Source of the DNA: an uncultured delta proteobacterium
Lineage (GTDB): Bacteria; Desulfobacterota; Desulfobacteria; Desulfobacterales; JAFDCJ01
Length of the DNA: 64,000 bases
Assembly: GCA_963769935.1 (NCBI GenBank)
Contig: CAVYNY010000010.1
Span: forward strand, 1-64,000
Reading direction: 5' to 3'
Below the pieces are notes generated by a model. The model searched no databases, was not told the DNA's origin, and saw only the letters and a program-made list of their open reading frames with translations. Below, piece after piece: positions 1 to 9,796 of this stretch. Each line of letters begins with the position of its first letter. The first letter of the stretch is position 1. The translations under genes and the position numbers were made by a program.

Positions 1-30
1 AGTGACCAATTCTGCGGCAGTAACAATTCC

Positions 31-90
31 GTCATACCCGCGAAGGCGGGTATCCAGACAGTTCCGGGGATTTTTACGATTTCATCAAAG
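31..90. repeat. Partial REP/MITE-like element (hairpin ATACCCGC-GAAG-GCGGGTAT plus TTTTTACGATTTCATCAA end)
   Basis: Palindrome seen directly; right end resembles the inverted repeat at 14330-14351. Confidence 0.55.
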
Positions 91-169
91 TTAGGCCGCA
101 GATTAAAAAGGTGCAAAATTTTTTGATATCTCTCGCAGAGCACGCCGAGGTCGCAGAGATAGATTCGAT

Positions 170-511
170 ATGCATACTGTAACATTGGGACTTTCGTCCC
201 GTCAAAAAACCAACAAGCGGTTGCTTGAAGCCTTTAAGGGAAAAGCGCAGGGAGAATTTATCAGTTTCGAATCGCCTGCCCTCCTTTTCAAGATGCTTTC
301 CGGCAATCGAGGGGAGCTGCTCAAGATCATGACCGGTGCGGGGGCAATTTCAATTCGAGAAGTATCGCGCCGCCTGGGCCGTGATGTAGAAGCGGTACAT
401 GGTGATGTTCAAATGCTACTGAATGTCGGCATTTTGAAGAAAACCGATAAGGGCCAAATTGAATTTCCCTTTGATGCTTTAAATGTGGATTTCATGCTGA
501 AAGCAGCTTAA
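170..511 (+). CDS. wHTH transcriptional regulator / probable orphan antitoxin (HVO_A0114-like)
   Basis: 113 aa; SIREVSRRLGRDVEAVHGDV helix-turn-helix. Confidence 0.7.
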   Translation: MHTVTLGLSSRQKTNKRLLEAFKGKAQGEFISFESPALLFKMLSGNRGELLKIMTGAGAISIREVSRRLGRDVEAVHGDVQMLLNVGILKKTDKGQIEFPFDALNVDFMLKAA

Positions 512-956
512 AATTGTTAGGCTGGCAAGAAAGTTGAGAAGCAGAGGGACTTTCCATTCCCAAAAAACTGGGTTTCAAATCTTGATTAGCGATTAAACGG
601 TGGATTTAAGTTTTTTTTCATAGCTTTTATGGTTCATGAATGGTGATCGAGTATAAAGGTCCTATATATAGTATTGGAAGTTGGAAATAATTTAAACTTA
701 ATTCAATTAGGTATTTAATTCGTTGTTATCGCTTTTCTCATTATTCAATTAATCCTTTTTCGGAAGATACAGTCACGGTGTATTGAATTAAGCTGCAATC
801 CACCTAAATTATATGTTTTGTATTACATTGAATATGTTTGACGCGAAAGTAAAAAACCAGGTTACGAAGCCCTTAAACCATTAGTTCATTTTTTCTCCTT
901 TTGCTTTTTTATTTATTTTGTTTCTTTGCCATTGCTGCTCTTTTTTTGACGGTAAC

Positions 957-1060
957 AGATAACAATCGGGATCGAACTGACAGGAATAAGCAGGCGGTTC
1001 GCGTATAGTCCCGAGGTAATCGAAGGTCGGTGGCCAGCAGCTCATCCCAGGACGTTCGGC
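957..1060 (+). mobile_element. attC-like site
   Basis: AGATAAC...GGGATCGAACTG / CAGCTCATCCC...GTTCGGC imperfect inverted repeat, directly before a gene. Confidence 0.65.
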
Positions 1061-1098
1061 CACTACCCTATAAACGAAATGTATAGGGTGTAAATCAA

Positions 1099-1722
1099 AT
1101 GACGCCATCTCAAAAAGAATTGTTCAGGTGGGCAGACCAAATACCAGCGACATCATGGATCGATATATGCAACCGTTCACCCCAACAAGCAGCGGAGGCC
1201 GTCGGTGCGGTATGGGATGGTAAATCTTTCAAAGTGCCTTTGTTAGGTGTCCAATATACAATTGATCCCGCTAATCAGCGAATCAAAATGGCAAATAATG
1301 CTGATCATCCTGTCAGTTATCAAGCTGGAATTGTACTGTTAACAACCTTATCTATTTCTAAAGGAGTGCCACCAAGTGGACGGATGGCTGTGCCACAGGA
1401 ACTTCCGGGTGGACGGATGTTTTTTACCGGAGCTCATGCGGTTGCTACTGGAGCGTTGGCTAAACGGTTCGAAAAAGATTCGGATCAATTGCTCAAACGC
1501 GCCCTAAGAATCGGCGGTGAATTGATTGAAGATGCGGATATCTCGATTCGACTACCTGGGTTGCCTTACGTACCACTATACATTTTATATTGGCGAGGAG
1601 ATCACGAGATTCCTGCCAGGGCAGTGATTGGAATAGATGACAGAGCACATTTTCACCTCGATTTGGCTGGAGTCTTTGCTTTAACCAACATACTTGTATT
1701 CAAATTTTGTAGAGTTGACTGA
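1099..1722 (+). CDS. DUF3786-like protein (cassette gene)
   Basis: 207 aa; ELPGGRMFF and LPYVPLYILYWRGDHEIPA motifs; lies between two attC-like sites. Confidence 0.75.
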   Translation: MTPSQKELFRWADQIPATSWIDICNRSPQQAAEAVGAVWDGKSFKVPLLGVQYTIDPANQRIKMANNADHPVSYQAGIVLLTTLSISKGVPPSGRMAVPQELPGGRMFFTGAHAVATGALAKRFEKDSDQLLKRALRIGGELIEDADISIRLPGLPYVPLYILYWRGDHEIPARAVIGIDDRAHFHLDLAGVFALTNILVFKFCRVD

Positions 1723-1777
1723 GATTGATTGAACCAGTTGTTGCGATTATCAAATCCAGCGGGAGTGATTTGGAAGC

Positions 1778-1843
1778 GCCGAACCAGCAGCTGCAGCAGA
1801 CCGCGATAGATCGCCGCGGCTGCGAAGCCGCTAAACGTTAGGC
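1778..1843 (+). mobile_element. attC-like site
   Basis: GCCGAAC...GCAGCAGACCGCG / CGCGGCTGC...GTTAGGC, 66 bp. Confidence 0.75.
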
Positions 1844-1862
1844 TCCTCAGAGAATCATCTCA

Positions 1863-2252
1863 ATGAATGCGACCATTAAAATCAAAAGAACGACTGGAAT
1901 ATATTTCATAATCGTCCTGTTTTGTATCGATGCTGCCATTTCACTAACACTGTTACTGAAAGGAACACAATATGTTGCGATCAATGGAATCGGACTATCA
2001 GCAGATTTGGTCGCCATCGCAGGAATCTGGTCGATGAGAAAATGGGGGGCTGCATTTACTATAATTGCATCTGGGAAGGGCTTGGGGCAGAGCATTATGA
2101 CACTCCAGCTTGCATACTTAAACATTTATAAACATGATTTGTCTTTATACTATTCTTTCGACAGGGTAGTGCTGCCTTTTCTAACGATTGGAACCGACAT
2201 TTTTATAATGATTTACCTTTTTAGGGGGATATTCAGAGGGCGTTTTGAATAA
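1863..2252 (+). CDS. Hypothetical membrane protein (cassette gene)
   Basis: About 4 hydrophobic segments; starts 20 bp after GTTAGGC. Confidence 0.6.
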   Translation: MNATIKIKRTTGIYFIIVLFCIDAAISLTLLLKGTQYVAINGIGLSADLVAIAGIWSMRKWGAAFTIIASGKGLGQSIMTLQLAYLNIYKHDLSLYYSFDRVVLPFLTIGTDIFIMIYLFRGIFRGRFE

Positions 2253-2520
2253 AGATTTGTTGCGTGTGGTTGTATAATGGGAGAAGAATAATGGCTCGAA
2301 CAAAAGAAGAGTTTGTTCAAATCATAAAAGCATTACGCGACTTTGTAGCTTCCAATGAATCTAAGGAATGTTCATGTCCCAATGTGAGATGTGAATTTAG
2401 AGTCCGGGGTCGGGCCACAGCAACAAATTGATAAGGAACGGATGATTGCCAATTCTGCCCTCTGAAATTGGCCTATATTGAGCTTTTCGAGGGCAAAAAG
2501 ACCATTTTTCTCTGATAATC

Positions 2521-2768
2521 ATGGCGAGAGCAAACCGACATTATATTCCGGGGTACATTTGGCATACCCCAATCAAACAAAGTAAGAAAAGGTTTAACGG
2601 GGTAAATAACCCATCGATGCCATAAAAGAAAATTCCTTCTCAAATTCTCAAAGGATGGCCATCGCTATATGCAGTGGCTTTATCAGGCCAGGAAGCGGTA
2701 TGGATTGGCGAATCTGAACTATATGATTACCTCAAATCACATTCATCTGATAGTTGTTGATACGGGAA
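2521..2768 (+). pseudogene. REP-associated (Y1/HUH) tyrosine transposase N-terminal remnant, interrupted by a 40-bp insert
   Basis: Manual translation MARANRHYIPGYIWH|ITHRCHKRKFLLKF...NYMITSNHIHLIV with HUH motif. Confidence 0.8.
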
Positions 2769-2855
2769 CCGCACCCCGTTGCGATTAGAAAAGTAAGAAG
2801 GATTCGGACAAGGTACGGTGGATATCAGTTAGTCAAATACGGAAGGAGTGAGGAT

Positions 2856-3944
2856 ATGTTACTGCAACACTTTGTTCTATCCTACTCACGCTATGATACG
2901 GATCTCGTTGAACGTCTGCGCATTGATCTTGATAATGCTGGGATTCCCGTTTGGAAAGACGATCGAAATATCGAACCGGGGACACCGAACTACGACAAGG
3001 CCATCCGTCAAGCTCTACGAGAGGCTTATGCTGTTTTATTGCTTGCCTCTCCACGCATTCCCAACTCCAATTTTGTGCCCGACGAAATTAGCGTAGCCAA
3101 CCAATATGAGCGGCACGTAATTCCCGTCTGGATTGATGGCGAAAACTATATCGCCTGCATTCCATTGGGGATGGGCAAGTATCAGTACATTGATGCCCGC
3201 AGGGAGAGTTATCGACATGGCCTGGCGCAGCTAATTGACCGAGCCAAGCAATTAGTCGATGAACAGACGCCTAAGCATCAGGTCGTGCCGAAGCTCTATA
3301 GGAACCACATTACGGTCCCCAACCACCTTCTGACGATACTTCCCCACACGCCATTTTCTCCTACACGTGATATTCTGCCAGATTTCGGCGCAGACGGGAT
3401 TGCAGACATCCAGGACGACGATGCAATTGTCATTAACCCTAAAGCCTATCTCACCCTGAAAGCTCTGCTGGACGATCTTTACATGCACTATTTACGAGAG
3501 CGGTTCAGCCCTCTTGCTTATGGTAAGGACTGGCTTCTGCAAAGGCACCTCCGAGCTTATCCACAGCTCGCCGTGCCATGGAGTTGGTTCGTTGCTGAGG
3601 GATGCAAAGCAATTGCGTTCGAATGGGCGGAGCGAGTTTCGTTGCAGGAATGTGGGCTGGAGGCAGGGGATAGCTGGGAAATAGCCGAATTGGAAAAGAC
3701 TGATAAGCGAGGCACAGTTATCAAGAGTGAAACGATTTGTGTACTTTGTCGGGATAAGGCCATTATCGATGCTGTTATATCTGATGACCTCGGCAAAGAG
3801 ATCTATTATCAGCTTCAAGCGAAAAAATCCTTGGCTTGGGTGGAACTTGATGCCGTCAGTCCCCAAGACTTTCCCCACCTTGCCATCATCAAAGCGCCGA
3901 ATTTGGTGGAAACTCAGAGAATTCGAGTGCTGAGACAAACGTAG
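2856..3944 (+). CDS. TIR-domain protein with unrecognised C-terminal region
   Basis: FVLSYSRYD, VWKDD, SNFVPDEI, VIPVWID TIR motifs; RBS-like GAGGA before ATG 2856. Confidence 0.8.
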   Translation: MLLQHFVLSYSRYDTDLVERLRIDLDNAGIPVWKDDRNIEPGTPNYDKAIRQALREAYAVLLLASPRIPNSNFVPDEISVANQYERHVIPVWIDGENYIACIPLGMGKYQYIDARRESYRHGLAQLIDRAKQLVDEQTPKHQVVPKLYRNHITVPNHLLTILPHTPFSPTRDILPDFGADGIADIQDDDAIVINPKAYLTLKALLDDLYMHYLRERFSPLAYGKDWLLQRHLRAYPQLAVPWSWFVAEGCKAIAFEWAERVSLQECGLEAGDSWEIAELEKTDKRGTVIKSETICVLCRDKAIIDAVISDDLGKEIYYQLQAKKSLAWVELDAVSPQDFPHLAIIKAPNLVETQRIRVLRQT

Positions 3945-4020
3945 GAAGGCCCGGGGGTCATTGGAATTGGGGGTCTGGGGTCAGGCCTAATGCCGTTAAC
4001 TTAAAAAGAAGGTAGAAGAT

Positions 4021-5175
4021 TTGCAACGCGAACTAACGCCATCTAGAATCCTGACCCTGGATATTGCACGGTTTTACGCCATGGCCCTGGTCTTTTACGG
4101 TCATTTTGTCGAACGGGTGATGTATTTGCACCATGCGACCGCGGCTTTGCAGTATAAATTCATTTACTCGTTTCATATGGTGGCCTTTTTTGTGTTGGCC
4201 GGCTATGTGGCCAAGGAAAGTGATCTGCAGATACCCTGCAAGAGCTTTTTAAAGCATCGCTTTCTGTCGCGCCTGTTGCCCTTTCTCTTCTTTACCCTCC
4301 TGTTTATGATCCCGCCGGCGTTCGTTTCGGGAGAATTCTTCGGTTTGCCCCTGCCCAGCGTGAAGGGGTATATGACCGGGCTGGAGGACACTGCTTTCGG
4401 ACTGCCCTTGTTTTGTGTGCCGTCCTGGTTTCTGATGATGATCTTTTCGGTTGAATTGGTGCATTATGCCGCCTTCCGCTATTTGAAATCCGATGCCAAA
4501 ATCCTGATCGGGGCCGCGTGCTTTTATGTCGTAGGCTATATCCTGAACTGGCAGATTCAATTCCTCGATCCAACCAAGGGCAGGGTTGTGGGATGGAACT
4601 ACCTTTTCATTCATGAAGCGATCACCATGTATGCATTTTACTTAGTAGGGATTTATATGCGGCACAAGGGATTCTTCATGAAAAAAGTGCCCGCCAAATT
4701 ATGGGCGCCGGCCATGGCAGCCGCCTTTCTGTTGGTTCTGTTCACTTATGAATTGAACACCGGGCATTTCACCTTCGCTCCGTTAGACGCGGTGGTCATC
4801 ATGATGGCCTCGCATGGACATTTTCTCTGGTTCCCTTTTACCGCGATAGTTGGTTCTCTGCTGCTCCTTTTTCTCGCCAGCGCAACGCCGGCCCAAAAAA
4901 CCATTCTCTGGATGGGACGCAACACCTTGCTCCTGATGTGCTTGAACGGCATTTTTTACCATTTTTTCAATCCACGGGCCGCCGTCTGGATCTCCCATGC
5001 ATTTGCAGTCACCCCCTGGACGCTGACAGGCATTGCCGTCGCAGTGACCGTGGCGAGCATGGCTTTGTGCATGCCTTTGATGTATCTGTTCAACCAATAT
5101 GTCCCCGAGCTGGTCGGCAAGCCCAATGCCCGCAGGGCTTTGCAAAGCCGCCTGGCTGTGGCGCAGGAAAATTAA
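4021..5175 (+). CDS. Acyltransferase family 3 membrane protein
   Basis: LDIARFYAMALVFYGH, FIYSFHMVAFFVLAGY, WFL motifs; polytopic. Confidence 0.8.
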   Translation: MQRELTPSRILTLDIARFYAMALVFYGHFVERVMYLHHATAALQYKFIYSFHMVAFFVLAGYVAKESDLQIPCKSFLKHRFLSRLLPFLFFTLLFMIPPAFVSGEFFGLPLPSVKGYMTGLEDTAFGLPLFCVPSWFLMMIFSVELVHYAAFRYLKSDAKILIGAACFYVVGYILNWQIQFLDPTKGRVVGWNYLFIHEAITMYAFYLVGIYMRHKGFFMKKVPAKLWAPAMAAAFLLVLFTYELNTGHFTFAPLDAVVIMMASHGHFLWFPFTAIVGSLLLLFLASATPAQKTILWMGRNTLLLMCLNGIFYHFFNPRAAVWISHAFAVTPWTLTGIAVAVTVASMALCMPLMYLFNQYVPELVGKPNARRALQSRLAVAQEN

Positions 5176-5372
5176 AAGAAGAAAGATCCATCGACAATTG
5201 AATATGGAGATGCCTCATTATGGGGGCAGATAAAGGACGCACCCAATATGACGCGCGTCCAGCAGATTGTGCATCCTATCCATATTTACACAAAAAGGAT
5301 TTTGTTTTTAGGTTAATCGGCGTAGTGAATAATTATTCAATTTGCCCCATTGTCTAAAATGTGAATCGACAC

Positions 5373-5442
5373 AGAATAATTCCATGCACTCGGTAGGGAA
5401 TTCCGCTTCGCTCCATTCCGGCCGGTGATGGTCATGTTATAA
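5373..5442 (+). mobile_element. Degenerate attC-like site
   Basis: CCATGCACTCGG...CCGGTGATGG imperfect inverted repeat ending GTTATAA. Confidence 0.5.
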
Positions 5443-5579
5443 ATTTTAGGTGAGACATGAAAATTATCAGGAAAGAAAATTCGCCTCAATATGTCAGAGA
5501 CAATATTCGAATGATGATTTTGCCCTATCTGTAAGTGAAGATCCGAATGACAATAAATTTATCGAAGGAAGGAGGGGAA

Positions 5580-5897
5580 ATGAAAACCTTTTCCGAAAAA
5601 GTGTACGATCTATTAAGAAAGGTGCCTAAAGGGCGGGTAACGACCTATAAAGAGATTGCCCATGCGCTAGAAACCAAAGCCTATCGAGGGGTCGGTCAGG
5701 CCATGAAAAGAAACCCCTACGCGCCCGAGGTTCCCTGACACCGGGTTGTTGCCACATCCGGTCGGATTGGGGGATTTAAGGGGAAGACATCGGGAGCCGC
5801 TATACAGGAAAAAATAAAAATGCTCAAAGACGAAGGGATCGAATTCCACGGAGAAAGAGTAAAAAATTTTGAAGAAATTCTTTTCCGATTATCCTAA
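5580..5897 (+). CDS. O6-alkylguanine-DNA alkyltransferase (MGMT family), probable selenoprotein with TGA at 5736-5738
   Basis: VPKGRVTTY, RGVGQAM, NP...VP-TGA-HRVV; frame stays open to TAA 5897; GGAGG RBS. Confidence 0.8.
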
Positions 5898-6108
5898 TCT
5901 TGTCCTTCACTTCGGAGGAAGATGGTGGATTAATTGACTTAATTCACCTTGATGTGCCGGACCAGGACTACGAAGGTGTAAACCAGGGTTGGGAAAAATA
6001 CTACTGGACCCCTTGGCGCACCTATTTGACAAGCATATAATGGCCATAGTTTTCTGGCCCCTCAACCCCACGTTGAGCCTTTTCACCTTTAAATGGAAAG
6101 CCAAAATA

Positions 6109-6660
6109 TCATGGGCAGTGCCCCAGGTCCGGATAATCGGTAATCAAGACATCCACAGGCCATTGGCAATACCTTTCAAGATCATCCCGGGTGTTGGGCA
6201 TAAACAACACCACCTCTACTCCGTTGTCCCGGGCTTTCCCGGCTGCGTGCCGGGTAATCACCTGCGTTGGGCCGGCCACTGCCCTGGCTTGCGCTTTACG
6301 AGCCGCCGATAGAGGGCTGCGCAGCTGTAGTTTGGTAAGCCAGCGGGCCTTGCCTTGAGGGCCGTCCAGGTGAAATTCTCCGAAACGCTGAAAGCCGGAT
6401 AGGACAACACGGGCACATAGTTCATCGTGAACGCCGAGCGATAGGCCGCCAGGCTTTCCGGCGAAGGCCCCTCAACATAAAGACGATTTGACAAGCCAGC
6501 GGCCTCCCAACGCGTGGATATGGCTTTGGCGTAATCTTCGGCATTTGCGGTCAGGTCACCGCCGATTTTGACGTCCAGATACAGCATCATTTCCGGCGCC
6601 TGCTTCAATGCCTGGAAGACTTCATCCAGGGTCATGATCGGCTCGGCTTTCGGATGGACC
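6109..6660 (-). pseudogene. Glycerophosphodiester phosphodiesterase C-terminal remnant, frameshifted near 6345
   Basis: IMTLDEVF...LYLDVK in one frame; VDVLITDYP in another. Confidence 0.7.
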
Positions 6661-7017
6661 TGTGGAAAATCAGACTCCCGAACTCCCCCACAGAGGTATT
6701 GGGATTGAAGTTGAACCGGAGATTTGGGAACGGGCCACGCTAACAGACTATAATTATAGAGAATGAGCTCACTTGTACCCCTTTTTAACTGGGGTAGGGA
6801 GTGAATCTTTTTCCCAAAATGTAAAAGTGCTAATGGGTGGCATGGCATTGGGACGAAAGGACCTTGAAGCGGGAGAATCGTTTCAACTTAAAGAAGCGCA
6901 ATATCCCTATATTGCTCATTTTGGGCGAAAAAGAGCGAAATAGGCACCCAAAACACCTGTGTTTGGGATCAAAACTTTGAAAATGCAACGACTTAGCTTG
7001 GCCTGGCCCGTCCCCCT

Positions 7018-7272
7018 GAGACTGACCCAGCGGGCCATTACACGCAAGCTGGGCATCAGCCTCAGCACCGTGAAGAAATATCTGGAGAACCCTGAGCTAT
7101 CACTAGCTTCTGCAGCCAAACGCACCCGCAAAAGCCTACTGGATCCTTTTACCGACAATATCGAAACCTGGCTCAATGAGGATCCGTTCTACAGCGCTAC
7201 CTGTATATATTACCGGCTTGCGGCCCATCGGGTTTTGCGGCAGCTACGAGATCGTCAAGCGCATGGTCGGCC
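7018..7272 (+). mobile_element. IS21-family IstA transposase N-terminal remnant
   Basis: QRAITRKLGISLSTVKKYL, SLLDPF, and frameshifted GFCGSYEIVKR. Confidence 0.75.
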
Positions 7273-7352
7273 AAGTATTATTTACCTGTCCCTATTTTCC
7301 TTTTCCTTGCTCAGACAGGATATGGTCTTGAGGGGGCAGGCCAAAATATTGC

Positions 7353-7395
7353 TTGACATTTGGCCTACCGATGGTAAATTAGCTACCGTCGGTAG
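7353..7395 (+). promoter_or_regulatory. Sigma70-like promoter with two palindromic operators (probable TetR sites)
   Basis: TTGACA 7353, TAAATT 7375; TACCGATGGTA and CTACCGTCGGTAG. Confidence 0.6.
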
Positions 7396-7423
7396 ATTTA
7401 ATGCCAGCGGTAAATGAAGATTT

Positions 7424-8134
7424 GTGTTTTCCCCACTTCAAAAACCGAAAAATTGGAGCGATCATTTGAACAAAAACAAACCTGTCAAAGATATAATCCG
7501 GGCAAGAAAAAAGCGCGAAAAAAAACATCGCGTCGAAAGCATTATAGATTCGGCGAAAAGAGTTTTTTTTAAAAAAGGTTACCTCAAAGCGACTATGGAC
7601 GAAATTGCACGTGGTGCCGAAATCACGAAGCCAACCATCTATCAGTATTTCAAGAACAAGGACGATCTGTTTTTTTCTTTGATGACGCCAGTGATTGATG
7701 ACGTCGGCGTTCAACTGGAAAAAATTTGGAAAAAACTGGAAAACTCGCAATACAAATCAGGGGAAAAAATTCTAAGAGAGATGTTTCAAGCATTTTACCA
7801 CTCCTACGAACTTTCACCTGATATTTTTCGAATCGTCCAAATGTTTCAGCAAACCAATTTGGTTTCAAAACTTACCCCGGAAGTTGGGGATGCAATGAAT
7901 CGCAAGGGAAGAAACAATTTTCAATTAGGCCGCAAAATCCTGACCACGGCGATGAAACGCGGCTTGATAAAAAAAATGGACACCAACAGTCTCGTTGATT
8001 TGTTTTGGGGGCTTACGGTTGGGGTTATCCAATTGGAAGACATCAAAAAGGACGACCAGTTTGACCACCGTTACAAAAGGTCAGTGTTGGGCCTCGCTGA
8101 GAATATTTTTGTTGAGGCGTTGAATGTTAAATAG
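7424..8134 (+). CDS. TetR/AcrR family regulator (start uncertain, possibly 7466)
   Basis: ATMDEIARGAEITKPTIYQYFKNKDDL HTH. Confidence 0.92.
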   Translation: MFSPLQKPKNWSDHLNKNKPVKDIIRARKKREKKHRVESIIDSAKRVFFKKGYLKATMDEIARGAEITKPTIYQYFKNKDDLFFSLMTPVIDDVGVQLEKIWKKLENSQYKSGEKILREMFQAFYHSYELSPDIFRIVQMFQQTNLVSKLTPEVGDAMNRKGRNNFQLGRKILTTAMKRGLIKKMDTNSLVDLFWGLTVGVIQLEDIKKDDQFDHRYKRSVLGLAENIFVEALNVK

Positions 8135-8200
8135 GGGACATAATCGAATGGCACGAAACAACAAGATTCGTTTCAAAAAGAAACCGAGGGGGTAAAATCG

Positions 8201-9796
8201 TTGGCCAATTCAGAGAACAACTCCGGAATTTCGATAAAAGGCTACTACACACCAAGCGATATTCCCAAGGGACATCTGGACGATATCGGCGAGCCCGGCA
8301 CATATCCCTTTGCCCGCGGCATCAGCGCCAAACGCCCAGGTGGCTGGATCCAAAGAGAACTATCGGGAGAAGGAGAGGCGCAAAGATCTAACGAGCAACT
8401 TCTGTATTTAATCGGAAAAGGACAAACAGGCATTGATGTAATCGGAGATAGTCCGACAATGGGTATGGTGGATCCGGATCATCCCATAGCGGCAAATGCC
8501 GTTGGGACCCAAGGCGTTTCCCTGTGCCGATATCAAGACTATATCGAACTCTTCGAAAATATTCCGTTGGATAAAATATCCGTTTCCAGCTCCGTCCCCC
8601 CGCTTTTTGCCATGACCGGGCTTTATCTAGCGGCAAAAGCAACCGGCGTTCCTACGAAAAAACTCCGCGGTTCCGTATTGCAGCCCCCGTTTTATGCAGA
8701 AGACTGTGGATACGCAAATCACCTACCGATTAATCTGCGAATTCGTCTCTCACTTGACTGTATGGAATTCGCATCCAGAGAAATGCCCCGTTTTCATGCT
8801 TATATCGAAGATACCTATTTCTTCAGCGAGTCCGGCCTGAACGCAGTCGAAGAGATGGCGCTGGGATTGGTTGAAATTCGATATTTGATCAGGAAGATGA
8901 TGGAACGAGGGATAGATGTGGACCAATTTGCTCCGAGAATCGCCATTTTGGTGAATTGCGGCATGGATTTTTTCGAAGAAGTCGCAAAAATTCGGTCTGT
9001 GCGGCGGATTTTTGCGCAAATGATGAAAGAGGAATTTGGCGCAAAAGATCCCAGATCCATGGCGGTAGTCATTGCCTCCCACACCTCCGGTTTGTCTCTT
9101 ACGGCCCAGCAACCTTTCGGTAATATCGTCCGGGGAACAATCCAGGCGCTGGCACTGGTTATGGCTGGGGTTCAAGCTCTGGAGATATCGGCGTTTGACG
9201 AAGCATTTCGAACTCCCAGTAATGCATCTCACCTAATCGGGCTGCGAACCCAACAAATCATCCACCTGGAATCGAAAGTGGCGGACGTTGCCGATCCATT
9301 AGGCGGTTCATATTACGTGGAATCGCTGACCGATGATATCGAAGGACGTATCCGGGATATGGTTCGGGAACTAGAATCGATGGGCGATGCAGCGGAATTA
9401 ACGGAACGAGGATATTTCAAAAAACTCTTTCATAACGCCATGGAGCGATATGCCGGAAAGATCGGTTCGGGGGAAATCCAAAAAGTGGGATTGAACGTCC
9501 ACCGGATTCCGGATGAGGAAGACACGATCCTCCGGGACCTTGCGGAGGAGAAGATCGAACCCTGCTGGAAGCGGATCGATGAAATCAAGGAATTCAGGAA
9601 ACGTCGGGATCAGGAAAAGGTTAAAGACGCTTTGTCAAAAGTTGTAAAGACGGCCCGGCGGCCGAACGAGAACCTGGTGCCCGTGGTGGCGGATGCCTTG
9701 ATTGCAGAGGCAACCATGGGGGAGATCACCGGGATGATGCGGCTTGGGTATGACATGGATTATGATCCATTCGGGCTGATCGAACAACCATTTTGA
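8201..9796 (+). CDS. B12-dependent acyl-CoA mutase, substrate-binding large subunit (divergent)
   Basis: PGTYPFARG, DFFEEVAKIR, HTSGLSLTAQQP, DPLGGSYYVESLT. Confidence 0.9.
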   Translation: MANSENNSGISIKGYYTPSDIPKGHLDDIGEPGTYPFARGISAKRPGGWIQRELSGEGEAQRSNEQLLYLIGKGQTGIDVIGDSPTMGMVDPDHPIAANAVGTQGVSLCRYQDYIELFENIPLDKISVSSSVPPLFAMTGLYLAAKATGVPTKKLRGSVLQPPFYAEDCGYANHLPINLRIRLSLDCMEFASREMPRFHAYIEDTYFFSESGLNAVEEMALGLVEIRYLIRKMMERGIDVDQFAPRIAILVNCGMDFFEEVAKIRSVRRIFAQMMKEEFGAKDPRSMAVVIASHTSGLSLTAQQPFGNIVRGTIQALALVMAGVQALEISAFDEAFRTPSNASHLIGLRTQQIIHLESKVADVADPLGGSYYVESLTDDIEGRIRDMVRELESMGDAAELTERGYFKKLFHNAMERYAGKIGSGEIQKVGLNVHRIPDEEDTILRDLAEEKIEPCWKRIDEIKEFRKRRDQEKVKDALSKVVKTARRPNENLVPVVADALIAEATMGEITGMMRLGYDMDYDPFGLIEQPF

